Part shown: piece by piece, positions 1-13,000 of the stretch
Layout of the letters: the number at the start of each line of letters is the position of its first letter
Numbering within the stretch: the first letter of the stretch is position 1
From: Convolutriloba macropyga
Lineage: Eukaryota
NCBI RefSeq assembly: GCF_964194025.1
Contig: NC_134482.1
Span: 17,794,001-17,858,000 of the forward strand
DNA: 64,000 bases
Direction: 5' to 3'
Program-made: the position numbers and the translations under genes
Notes under the pieces: model-generated
Database searches by the model: none
Seen by the model: only the letters and a program-made list of their open reading frames with translations
Told to the model about the DNA's origin: nothing

Positions 1-334
1 CTGGTTTATCTGACGCTATTTTGGCTTTGTTATTAAGTTTTGTTTTTCAAAACGGACAAGGTTTTTGATGCAATTATTGTTTGTTGCTGTTGTTTGATTT
101 TGCTGTTCGTCTTGACTCACTTTCTTCCTATTAGCATATCTCATCAATCCAATGCCTCATTTTTTTTCCACTGAGTTATTTGTTTTCTAGAGGCTATCTT
201 TTCGTTCATACACCAATTTACACCCTTTTTCTGTTTTTCTATCTGTTCCTCATTTGGTAGACAATTATGCCAAAAATGCGGATGAGCGATGTCGGAACCT
301 TATGTGCAATCGCACATTACCGATTCTCCTTGTT
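1..334 (+). mobile_element. 3' end of a HINE family 1 copy (starts before the window)
   Basis: GATGAGCGATGTCGGAACCTTATGTGCAATCGCACATTACCGATTCTCCTTGTT (281-334) matches the 3' subTIR plus hairpin terminus of the other copies. Confidence 0.6.
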
Positions 335-914
335 AAATTAATTCTTTTTTTCACACTAAGTGAGACAACGGCAATTTGTTAGTTTCAACAATACTTTTTA
401 AAATTATTTTTAGCAACATGCCATGTATTGAGAACTTTTTTGTCAATGATAGTTTTGTAATAAAACGCTGACATAATGTTTCTATGAGAAAAGGATTGAT
501 TTTTCTCACCATTATGAATGACGACGTTGACCTTAATTATGAGAGCTGCTGTTTCATCGTAACCATCAGAGCTTTTTAAAATACAAATGGCACAATATTA
601 TTGGTAAGCTGTGAGATAATAGTTGAATTTGAGAAAGGTTTAAGATCGTTTGAAATATTTGCTGAGGAGCAAAATTTGTACATTTGAAACAATTGTGGTG
701 ACGTCATAACTAACATTAGTGAACTTGTAATGCCAGAGCATAATGAAAATTGTTAGAAAATTAATTTGAGATTGTTTAGCAAATACTTTCTGTGTATAAA
801 GGGTTGTCCTTTTAGTTTCGATATTTGGCCTGTTGTTTACAAATTCGAATCATTAGGTGGGAATTTGATCCGTCGTTTGAATTTGAATTTAAGTTGTGAA
901 ATTCTCTGCTGGTT

Positions 915-1007
915 ATGGACAAACGAATGTCCATGCCAGCGGTTGTTACTGCGGCTACTCACCAAAATGCAACTGGGCGAAAGGCATCTATGTGGAAACG
1001 AGTTCAG
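915..1007 (+). CDS. PIEZO: Piezo exon 1 (MDKRMSMPAVVTAATHQNATGRKASMWKRVQ)
   Basis: ATG at 915, open to CAG|GTAAAT donor at 1007/1008. Phase 0 matches the TTTTCAG|ATC acceptor at 8017/8018, and exon 2 has no ATG ahead of its first TM helix. Confidence 0.65.
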
Positions 1008-4000
1008 GTAAATCAATTTATGCGCTTTTGATGTTGTTAATTTAGTTTTTATTTCGACCCGACTTGTGGGGGGAGGAACTATATACTCAACTAGTTTTTT
1101 TTTTGTTCAGACAATTTTGACCGATCGATGTATTCATCGTCGAGAAATGTGAGTGGTATCATTGAAAAGCTCCTCCAGCGTAGAATTCAAAATTAAAAAG
1201 ATGTGTTTTGAATTTCGTTTTTTTTCGAGGAGTTATCGAGGTTTAAAGATTTGTGTGAAACCGGGATATTTGGCATTATTTTCACTTTATCGTAATTTTT
1301 GTTCAAATTAAGATCTTTTCTATAAAAAAAATTATTTCAAAATTTTCAAAATTAGATTTCACGTTACAAAATGAATAAAATTTGTGTTCCTAATAGAAGA
1401 CAGGCGATAAAAGCCTAGTTCTGGTTTCATAGGGAATTTTACTATCAAAAATAGAATTCTATTTGAGAGCTTTTTTGAAGAAAATTTTTCATTTTTTTTG
1501 TTTTTTTTAGTCACTTAGAGACAAGTCAATTTTCATATCGAGGTGCCGTTAATTACAAACCTCAATTGCAGTTAAACGATGCCCAATGAACAAAAAAATT
1601 GGTTTCAAGGAATCGCTCATGCTCATGAGTTTTTTTTGGCTGCGACTCAATTTTTTGTACTTTTTGAAAAAATTCTGATTTTCTTTTTGAGATTTTACTA
1701 AGTTTTTATAGTCTTGTGGCATAGATTCGTCGACTTAACTTGCAAAAGGCTTCCTTATGAGCCTTAAGTGAAGCCATCTAGTGCTTTGACCGGACAGCTA
1801 ATGGCTCTTAAGTCTTTAAAACCAATTTTTCGCAAATTTTGAACGTTAGTCGATCTTTAGCTTTTTTTGTGAACTGTTGGTCAATCTCCGTACTAACAGG
1901 AACCCCCTCTCTACTGCAACCAAAATTAACCTGGTTAGCGGTTTTATCTTCTAAATATGCGGTTTTATGACTTCGATGCCACGAGTTTTCAATTTTTTTA
2001 ATTATTGAATATTTTTCCACAATTTTTGTTCCTTTTCAAATCTTGCCACAACCCAAAATTGATTGTTCCCAATGGCTCAAAGAAGATCATCAAGGGAGCA
2101 TAGCCAAAGTTTTCAGAAAAAAGCTTATGGTTTATATGACTTCGACTTTTTCCTCTCGCACTTTTCTACTTAAATCTTGGTTTTTGCTGTTAATTGTTTT
2201 TGTTTTCGTCATTAGACTTATTGTCACGTCTTTTTGATAACCTTTGAACAACAAACATCAATATCCTCCCATATACACTCAATATAGAGTATTTTTGACT
2301 TCCGTTGAAAGCTATTGAATGGCGTTGATACTACAGGTTTACTCAAAAATTTCGTGGTTTTAATATATTTGCTCATGTTTGTTGATTAATTGAAATCTTA
2401 TTGCTGTTAGAAAGTTAATTAAAAATGTAAAAATTTTTAATGAAAAGTTCATTTTTTAAAGCCTTCGACAATTTTTTTTCAATTTTTTTTGAATTTGGTG
2501 TTTTTACTGGTTTTTCCCTTATTGTTTATGCTTCTAATTGCTAGCAAATGCAGTCAGTTGCTAGCAAATAGTCTGAAAATTTATATTTTTCTTTTTGGAA
2601 ATTTCAAACTCTTCAGATTTTGTTGCTCTTTTCGTCAACTTGTAACATATTCTCATCATTGAGAGGTTCCATCCGATTCCTTGTAAATCAATTTGTCGAT
2701 TGATTTTATGTCTTAACTGATGTTTTGTTTGTTGGACAATATGCGTTTTCAAGTTTTGTTAGTGTTCAAAATTTGTTTCCTTTTCTCTTCTTTTTAGCAC
2801 TTTCGCGAATAACAGATCCCACTTATTTTCAAATGAGGCCAAAATAAAATTTTTTTTTATCTTTCAGTATAATTTCAACTGATTTAGTATAAATTACAAT
2901 TGAAATGAAAAAAAAAATCGTATAATAGCTAATGATTTTTAATTTGTTTTCGCAAATAGTTGGTAATTTTTGAGTTTTTCTGCATCTTGAGTCCGTTTTA
3001 ATGGCTTAGTCTAACCAAAAACAGGTCCTATCGTTTCTATAATTGCTTTTAAAAAAATTTATCAACAATTACTTCGTTTAATCTAATGTTTTTTGAGATT
3101 TGAAATCATTTGGTTGAAAAAAATGTTGAAAAAACTGTTTTTTGAATTTCTGAATTTCGCCTTATTATTTCTTCTGTTTGTCGACTCGTTACCAAGTCTC
3201 ATTAAGGAAAATTCCAATCTGCTGTATAGTTAAGAAAAGATAATTTTGTGTAGTTAAGTTTTTATCTGGTTGCATTTGGACGTTGTTACCATGTGCTTTT
3301 AACTTTAGATAATAAATTTTTGTCATGAAATTTTTGTTTTTGCGTATTTTGTTGTTTGTTTTCTTTTTTTGTAATCTTTCTAGTGGCAGATCTGGTGAGT
3401 GCTGTAATGAGGCATGGCTTTATGTAATTTAATTAGTAGTTTGGGTGTGTAATGGTTTTTTAAAACTCAAACCAGCAATTTTTGATTGTTTTCTTTTGTT
3501 TGACAATAAAGACAAAAATAAAGACGAGCTCGGGTCGGAAAATCATGTGCGAACGCCCATAAACGAGCCTCCGTGTTGTGATTAGTTTTTGACCTGAGAT
3601 AGGCTATTATATGGCATTGTATCTACGATAATCTCTGATATTCTTTCTTTCTAAAAAAAGTTATTTGAAGAATGTTCATAGTGTTTATATGTGCTCTGGA
3701 CAATTGCTGGATTTGAAAAGAGCATTTTGTATCGTTTAATCCTCAATCCTCTAACGTAGAAAACTACGATTTAGTGATAGAATTATGTTGTTCTGGGAAC
3801 TGTGAGGCAATCACAACTCAGAGCTGAGCTCGAAATTCCGATGGATTCCTAAGATTTTATATAAATTTAGACCTAAATTGTGCCCTGTCTTGATGCAGAT
3901 GATATAAAAGTTTAACTTTGCGTTTAGCCATTGCGTTTAACTTGGATGATGAAAGAGACATCAAAACAAATCGCACATCGTTTTGCTGCTTTGAATAGAA

Positions 4001-7000
4001 TCTCTACTTTAGAAATTGTCACCTTCTGTTTCTTGGCTATTGTTTTGCTATTCGTATCTTCTTCGAGCGGTGAGTAAAACTGAGCAACGTGAACATTTTT
4101 GCGTAAAATTTTTCTGGGAGACTGTATTACTTATATTTTTCCCTTTATTAAGTTTTTAATCGTGGTTTTGCGATACTTGTCTATACAACTAAGCTGCTTT
4201 GAAATTAACAGAAACTTCACTTTTGTTGCCTTAGTTGTAACAGGTCTTCCTAGAAATTTTCCAAGCAGCGTTTTTAGAGGCTCTCGGGATTTTTTGCAAA
4301 ACAATTTGCTCCGCTTTTTGCCAAATTTATACAAAAGCTTTTGAAAGTATGCGATTAATAAAGTCAAATAAGACTTCTAAAGACAATACGTGTGTTTGTT
4401 TTCTATGAATATGCACAGTCACAATAAAATTTTTTTAATGATCGGCTTTGGAGATTTTAACTTTGTCGTTTAATTTTTTTCCAAACAAGGAGGCTCGGTA
4501 ATGTGCGTTCGCACATTAAGTTCCGATCCGCTCATCTACATTTTTCACTGAATTGTCAACCAAATGAGGAAGAGAAAAAAATTAACATATTAACATATCG
4601 TTCAACAAACTACTAAAAGAATAAAACAATCTACTCCAGAGTGCCTATGAGACCTATGACTACCATGATATGACTACCAGAAAAAACGGACTACCAGACT
4701 CCTTGTCCATTTTTTGAGAACCACTTAAACATTTTTTGAAAGCCGATCAGCAAAAACAATAAAAATCTCCATTTGCATTTTTCGCAGGCGACAACATTTG
4801 TAAGTCAAATGACGCCCATTTTTGTGATACTGCGAAAAGAAAACAAAAACCTACAAAAAAAGGGGCAAATTTGCGAAAATCACGAAAATTGGTTTTATGA
4901 AAACTGGTTGTTCCAAGAAGAAAGACCACTTGAGGAAAAAAAATTGTTTTGAAGAGCAAAAAATATTTCAAAAGATAAATGATGTTATTTGTTTAGAGAT
5001 TCTTAGCTACAATTTAAAAGAAATAAAATTGGCTGATCTCAAAAATCTAACTTTTTTTTATTAAAAGCAAATAATTTCAGAATTCATTGCCAACAAAAGC
5101 TTTCGACTAAAAGAGTAGAAAGTTTGTTTTGCAACTTCTCGGAAAACCAATTGCGACTGGTATTAATGAGACTTAATCATGAGACTATAAAATAAAATTA
5201 AATACAGGCTGAACTAATAAGTTTCAGAAACAGCTTTACGAAACCACAGTTTTGAAGCCATTAAATTTATAAGATATTAACCGCGAGAATAAAACATCTC
5301 CATTTGCGTCTCGTTTAATCATCATAACATCTTTTGTAAAACGACTATCACAAAATGACAAAAAAAGAACTACAAAAACTGAAGAGTATCTAAACTTCAC
5401 AAAATTCTTCTGAAACAAAATGTCTAACCCCTGAAGACATCATTTAAAAAGTTTAAAAAATAGAAAAATTATTGCTTGATTCAACAAAAGTTGAAAAAGA
5501 GCTCTAAATAATGATGTTAATATGATACAGCATTAAAAAATACGAAAAAAAACGCAAACCAGAACAAAAAGGGATAAGTTGAAGAATACCATTACTCTTT
5601 TTTATAGAAATTTAATTCGAAAGTCAAAACAACCATTAGTTAAGAACCGATATCAAATAATCAAGTTCACTTGTTTATTTATAGTTGGCCACTGAGACCT
5701 TAATTACTCAATATTTGGCATATGACAGCAAAAATTAACAACACATAAAGCTCAAAAATAAAAAAACTACCAATTTCTGCAAGAGAATGGTGTCGCAGCC
5801 CTTCAAACCATATGTTATGAAAACAAAACTAATGTTCAGTTTCCTATGTTGTACATTTTTTTCAGTTAGATTGTTAAATAATGGGACAATTTATAAAAGA
5901 AACAAAAACACCAGCAATTTTGCGCAAAAATCAGAAAATTTTGTATGAAAACTCGTAGTACCAAAAGCAAGGAATTCCTCTGTTAGGATAATCGGCCACA
6001 AAATTAGTTTTTATTCTATAAAGAGGAAAAGTTGACCTGTACTTATTGAGAATAAGCAAAATGTTGACTAAAATAATATAAAAAATTGAGAAGTTCAAAA
6101 ATTCAGAGAAGTTTCCGTTATAACAAATACATTCAATAACATAAGAGACGTTAGGTAACAACCGAATGAATACAAAAGGTTCACTTGCACCTCTTGAGGA
6201 AGAAAAATAGATGTTTAAGTGGTTTAATTTTATAAATCAGACGTCCAAATGATTAACAATTGAAGGCAAAAGACAAGAATTCAGTTAAAAATTACAAAAA
6301 CTCTTCCTCAAAGCCATAAAAACCCTTTGATTCTCTGAAAAGAAACTGTAACCCTATTCGGCCTCAGATTTATGTAATTTGGAGCTGCCATTAAGGGAGC
6401 CGTGAATATAAAATATTGCCAGTATTTAACATTAAAGAAACAAAAGCAAAAAATTTTGAAAAAAGGCAGCATCAAAATGAAAACCAAAAAGTCTCTGATT
6501 ATAAGAGTCCATGATATTATCGAACCTCTCCTTGATTCTGTCGCGCGCCAACCAAACTGATCAAATGTTCCAAGTACTGATGAATTAGACCAATTGTTGA
6601 GTGGAATTCTTCAAATATTGCTTTTTGTATAGTTATCGAGTTAAATCTTTAAAAAAACGGCAAAGTTTTAATTCCAGAAGACTGTCATACGGAGCTTAAT
6701 TGCAACTGGAACTTTTTTTGAGTTTCGGGAGTCTGTTTTAAGGTTTCTAGGTCACTAAGTCTGGCAAACTTTAACAAAATGGACCGAAAAATCATATTTT
6801 GTGCCATTTTTGGATGAAAAAAATTCGAATTTTGAAATTTTTACCAAAAACTTGGCCATAAAAAACTTCAAACAAACAAATCACCAACTTCCTTCTATCT
6901 CTAACGGTAACAACAACACTCTGCCGTTAAAAATGTTAAGTTATTTTCAATTAGTTTAGCGAAATTTTGCCAATTTTGAGCAAAAGTTGCTGAAAATGTG

Positions 7001-10000
7001 AACAAAAACAGTCGAATGTTCACAAAAATTTAAACCTCGATAACTCGCTGTAAAATAAGAAAATAGAAAAAATCTTTTTAATTCCGTATTCTACGCTGAA
7101 AGGGCTTTTCAATGATGCCACTCACAATTCTCTACGTTGAATATATCGATCGGCCAAAATTGACTGAACAAAAAAAAACCCAGTTGAGTTTATAGTTCCT
7201 CCCTCCCCACTAAAGTGGGGGTCGGAACAATAACTTTCTCTTGAGCTGAGGAAATTGGTTAATTTTGCTTGTCTAACATATGGGCAAAGACTAGTTTTTG
7301 AAAGAAATTACTTGTTGCTGCAAATTCCAAATGGAAACTTGAGCGGTACCTTGATTCTTAGTCGATTTAATGCATAATAGTGCAGAAAACATCAAAAAGG
7401 GTACAAATGATAAAAACTTATACTTTGTACAATGAGCTGAGAATAGGCTGATTGAGGTAGTTTTTGGTATTCTATCCTTGTTCTCATCTCAAAATTTGTG
7501 GGTAAGGAATTTAAACAATTTATCAAGCAATCAATATAAAACTTCAATAGTGTGGAAATTGAAGTTGATCAAAATGTTTGTATACCGAGGAATTAAGACT
7601 GCAACAGAATAAAGACTTTGCCAGCTTTCTATGACAACTGCTCCAAATATTTGCTTCGAGTTGTTCACGGATAATAAGTTTTTCATCAATGTGAAAAGAA
7701 CAAATTTTATCCCAAAAAATAGATCTCAATAAGACTGGAATAAGACTAAAATAAGACTAAAATAGATCTCAATAACACTAAAATAGATCTCAATAAAGAG
7801 ATCTCAATAGATCTCAATAGGAAATACTCATTAGTCTGATCTAACATAGTAATGAAAACAGCAATTTTGTTCGAGTAGAAAAAATTAGTTCCGATCTATG
7901 TTGGAATGTTCTGAGATTCGAACGAGTGCCCTTGTTGTAGCCTAGATAAAAAGATTCTTCGAGAGCAATTCGTCCCACACTAGTCGGCCATTTTTTAATA
8001 AATTTAAATATTTTCAGATCCAGTTATCGAGCAAAACTACGAAGAAGACCTTAAGTAATCGAAAGATCTGTGCTTCCCTCTATTTTCGTGTTATCTTTCC
8101 CCTAATATTGCTTTTCCCAATATTCACCCGAATCGATCTTTGTTCAGGTGTGTTTATTCTGTTCTTCTTTGCACACCCTTTCGTTCCCTCCCCAGGATGT
8201 CCGGTTTTGTCAACGGGTACCAAAGTGTACCTCGTGTTGTTAGCCCTATTCTCTGCCCTGTCATTCTTAGCCCAATTATGTTACGTAATTATTCTTTATC
8301 TGTGGGAGGAGTTACGTAACGAGCTTACATGTGAGTCATATTTGGAGAAATTATTACGACAAATTGGGTTTGCAAATATCTACCACGCTAAACTTTTCCA
8401 TTTCGTAATTATTTTGGTTCCGAATTTGCTGGTTTTTCTGTCTGTTATAATCGCGTTTTTGTTTCAATCGGTTTGTCGACGAAGACCGACATTAACGTAC
8501 GTAAATGGAACAGAATCTGAACGAAAGAAAATTCTGAATTTGAGGCAGAAAAACGAAGAACGAGGTCGTTATGAATTCCTGATTTACTTAAAACCGGTTG
8601 CTTATTTTTTATCGATAGTTTCTTTAATAGCAGCTGCGAGTTGTTTTCCCTCGCTGCTGTCTCTGGTTTACCTGTTAGGCTTTCTGGCTTTGGGTACTCT
8701 TAGAGCATTACATGTTCCGTTTGACCGTTTCATGCCGGCATTGAGCGCTGTTTTGACATTTATAAGCGCGATTCATTTTCTAGCGATTTACTTCTATCAA
8801 TTCGAGTTTGCACGAGAGATACTTGGTAGCAGTAATAAATGGTTATTACTAATTGGTATTTCAGACCCTGTTTTTTATACCTGTTCTAACTCGACTGATT
8901 ATGATCCGCTATCAATTATGAATGTGACCTTTTATAAGAATCAATTTATAAATGATTTTCAGCCTCTATTTGTTCTGATGTTGTTTTACACGATGGCCGA
9001 GAGGTGTAACTTTTACCATTTAGTATCTAAGTACAAAGATATTTTCGAAACAAGATCTGAAAATCAGAAAAGAAGAGCGAAAGATCCGGCACAGCATATT
9101 TTTAAACCAGGATCTCTTTTGCATAAAATTTTGGTTCGAACGAATTTCCTAACTATGTGTGGATATATCATCGATCAAATTTTAGCCAATTCTTATTTGC
9201 TATCGGTGGCTGTTATGATTTTGTGGAGTATTTTATGCCACGGATTTTTGGCTCTAGTTCTTTTGTTTATCGCTATTTACCTCTGGAGCCGGACCGATTC
9301 CAGTTTCAGAACCAAAAATTTCGCGCCGTTTTTGTGTATTTACTGTTCGGTGTACATTATTATACAACATGTATTCAACTTTAGAGTTCGGGACGAAATA
9401 GTTCCAGATTTATTTTACATAGGCTTATGGAAATTGACACTTGAAGACATTCGTTTGACGACTGACTTTCCGATGACATTCTATATCGGTTGTCAATGTT
9501 TGGGTCTAATTGCATTTTGGCAGTTATTACATACGTTTATGGAGGCTAGATACGGGCGCAAACGCGACCCACAGAATTTCAACCAAGAACGCCGATTGGG
9601 CGCTGTTGAGGTGACGATAAATCAAACTTTGGAGGAGAGCATGAAAAGTGGTCGGCGAAGTACTTTAGCGGCTCTAACCATTTCTGTCCAGGCTAAAAAG
9701 CGCCAACTTAAAGAAACGTTAGCAGCTGTTTGGATGTGTTTTTGCATTATTACTTTGATATTAATTTGCACAGTTTCAGAAACAAATTACTACAATATAG
9801 TCTACATGGTGTTTTATCTGGTCTTTTCGGGTTTCACCATTTTCAAACTTATGCTCCAGAAAAAAGTGCCAGACTTTGAAAAGTTCTTAAAGTTGTTATT
9901 GTTTTATTCAATGGTAGTGTTTTTGGCATTCTATGCTTTGAATTTCAGCTTTCTTTACAATAACAGGCACATTGAGAAGTTTCTAACGGATAACGAATTA

Positions 10001-13000
10001 TCGCCATCGTTTGCTAACGTGATTCCGATCGCTATTTTGTTAATCGCCATCAAAATTCAATTTGACTTTTTCAGCTCCGATTTCCGGAGTTTTATGCAAG
10101 AACTAGCGACCGGTTCCGCAAGACCGAAATCGATAGATGAAGTGACGAAAGAGACGAGTAACGAAAATGTTAAATTAGCCGTCAAAATCCAACGATTTTT
10201 CGGTCAATTAGTCGAGTTAGTTTGGCTAACATTAGCAATTCACATGGACAAGATTATTCTAATTGCGCTTATGGGAACAATCTTAAACGAAAGGTCAGCT
10301 TTCAATTTCATCTTACTGATTGGGTTTTGTTGTCTGTGTCAATTCAGTAGTCAGTTTCAAAAATTCGCCCAAAATGTAGTTTTTATTGGCTGTTGTTCAA
10401 TTATTATTCTGAGAATGCTTTACGGAACTAGTTTGAACAATTTAGTAAATAAAACGCATTTAGCCAATTGCTCGGTGTCTGATGAAAATAATAGCACTGA
10501 TATTTTTCCGTGGACTAAAAGCTTTTATCTTTGGGTTGGCCTGGACATGAAAAATGTTGACAGTGCTGATTATAACGATGATGCGGTTCCGTTGGATTAC
10601 TTGTGGACTTATCTGATTGTCATATCTTTAGGAACTGTTTATTCTCTTTTTGAGACTAGGTGCACACTAAACAAGGCGGCTCGTTAATGTGCGTTCGCAC
10701 ATGATGTTCCGACCCGAGCTCATCTACATTTTTGACTAAAATGTCAACCAAATCAAGAGATAACAAAAATAGATGTTTGAGTTTAAAACAATCGTTACAC
10801 ATTCTATCTACTAATTGAATTACTAATGCCATGCTTCATTACAGCACCAACGTGACCTGACATTGAAGAGACTAGAAAAAAAATAGCACCAACAAAATTT
10901 TGGCGGCAAAAAATGAATATCTAAATTTAAAAGCACCTGGTAACAACGTCAAAATGCAGTCAGATAAAACCTTAACTACACAAGTTTACCTTTTACTAAC
11001 TATACAGCAGATGAAAAGTTTTCTTAACGAGACTAGGTAACAAGCCGACAAAAAGAACGAACAGTGAGGCGAAACTTAAAAATTAATCAACATTTTTTGC
11101 ACCAAGAAAATTCAAAAATCTTAAAAAACATTGGTTTTTAATAAAAAAATCCTTGATAAATTACTAAAAAGTCATTACAAAACCAAAAGCACCCGTCTGT
11201 GGTCAGACTATGCCATAGAAACAAACTAAAGAGAAACTCAAAAAATTACAAACGATTTGCGAAAACACAAACCTTTGCTACCATTAAAATCAATAGCTAT
11301 CATCTGAATATGTATTTTTAATTCAGTTGTTATTTCTGCTATTTCAGTTGAAGGATTTATACTGAAAGATTAAATAAGTTTACTTGGGCCACATTTAAAA
11401 ACCATTGGGATCTGTTATTACGCGATTCTTCTGAAGGAAGAGAAAAAGAAACGCAAAAAATGGCCATTCAATAAACGTTCAGAAAAACGAAACAACAGTG
11501 GCACATAATATCAATATATATGTTATTTCTTGAAATACACGAAATTCGATGGGACATCTGATTGATGAATAGAAGTTAAATTTGACGAAAGGAACCTATT
11601 CGCTCTATACTGAATGTTTCGAGCAACATCATTCATTCAGTCCTCAATTACAAGCCTATGAGATCTGTGAGCAATTTACGGCTACCTAAAGAACAAAAAC
11701 AGCGAATTCAGGAAAAAAAATTGAGCGACAAAAGGGTCGAAGGCATTAAAAAAATGAACTTTTCACTAAACACTCTTCAATTTTAAATTAATTTTTCAGC
11801 AGCAATGGGAAAACCTTTTTTATCAATATAATTTCAAAAAATCAACAAATATAAACAAATACATTAGACGCACGAAAATTGCGGGAAAACACGTATTATC
11901 AACGCCATTAAATTCATTAGCCTTCAACGGAAGCCAGTATATACAATAAATGATGCCTCGAGGGGACAATAAGTTTTTTTGCCAATCGTATTTCATCAAT
12001 AAGACCTTACAACAAGTTAATGACTATGAAAACAACAACAGAGAGAGGCAAAAACCACAAATTCAGTAGAAAAGTGCCTGAAGAAAATGTCGAAGCAACT
12101 CAAATCATAAGCTCTTCCCTGAAAACTTTATTTATGATCCGTTGAACTTCTTCCCTAAACCAATAGGGACTCTCAGCAGTAAGATGATGTGATAAGATTT
12201 CAAAAGGATCGAAAAACAAAATAAAGTACCCAAAAAAAATATGAATTCTCGTGGCATTGATGTTTTAAAACTAATAGGTAGAAGATAAAACCGCTAACCA
12301 GATTAATTTTGGCTATAGTAGAACGGAAATGGATTCTGTTAGAACCAACAATGACCAAGAGTATTCACGAAAAAAAATTAGGAATGGTTGAATTTCAAAA
12401 AAGTTTCGAAAAATTATTTTTAAACCCTTAACAGCCAGTAAACTCAATCTTTCATCGGAGCTCAATGACGATGCTCAGATATAACCCATAGGGAGGAAAA
12501 TGATGTCTGTCATGCATAGATAGTTAAAAAGACATCACAATAAGTCTTATGACAGAAAACAATAACAAAAACAGCAAAAACTAAAATTCAGTAGAAAAAT
12601 GCGAGAAGAAAGTGTCGAAGACAATTAAACCATTAGCTATTCTCTGAAAACTTTCTCTGTGATCCACTGAACGTCCTCTCTAAGCCAATTGGATTACAAT
12701 AATCTTTGGATAATGTGATAAAGAGTTCAAAAGTGACCAATAATTCAAAAAATCCAAAAAAAAAATTTAAAAAAATTGAAATCTTTGTCATTGAAGTCAT
12801 ATAACCAATAGCTAGAAGATAAAACAGCTAAACAGAATATTTTTAGTCGCAGTAAAAAGCAAGTGGGTCCAGTCAATACTGAAACTCACTAACAGTTCAA
12901 GAAAAATTTAGGAATTGTTATTGTTCAAATAAAATTTTCGAAAAATGATTTTTATTTTAACAGACATTAAATTCAATAGCTTTCAACAGAAGTCAATAAA

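Noticed and set aside
1047-7233. A single 6.2 kb TIR transposon
   Set aside because: The apparent TIRs are the 5' ends of two separate HINE copies in opposite orientation, each with its own 3' hairpin end (3577 and 4484).
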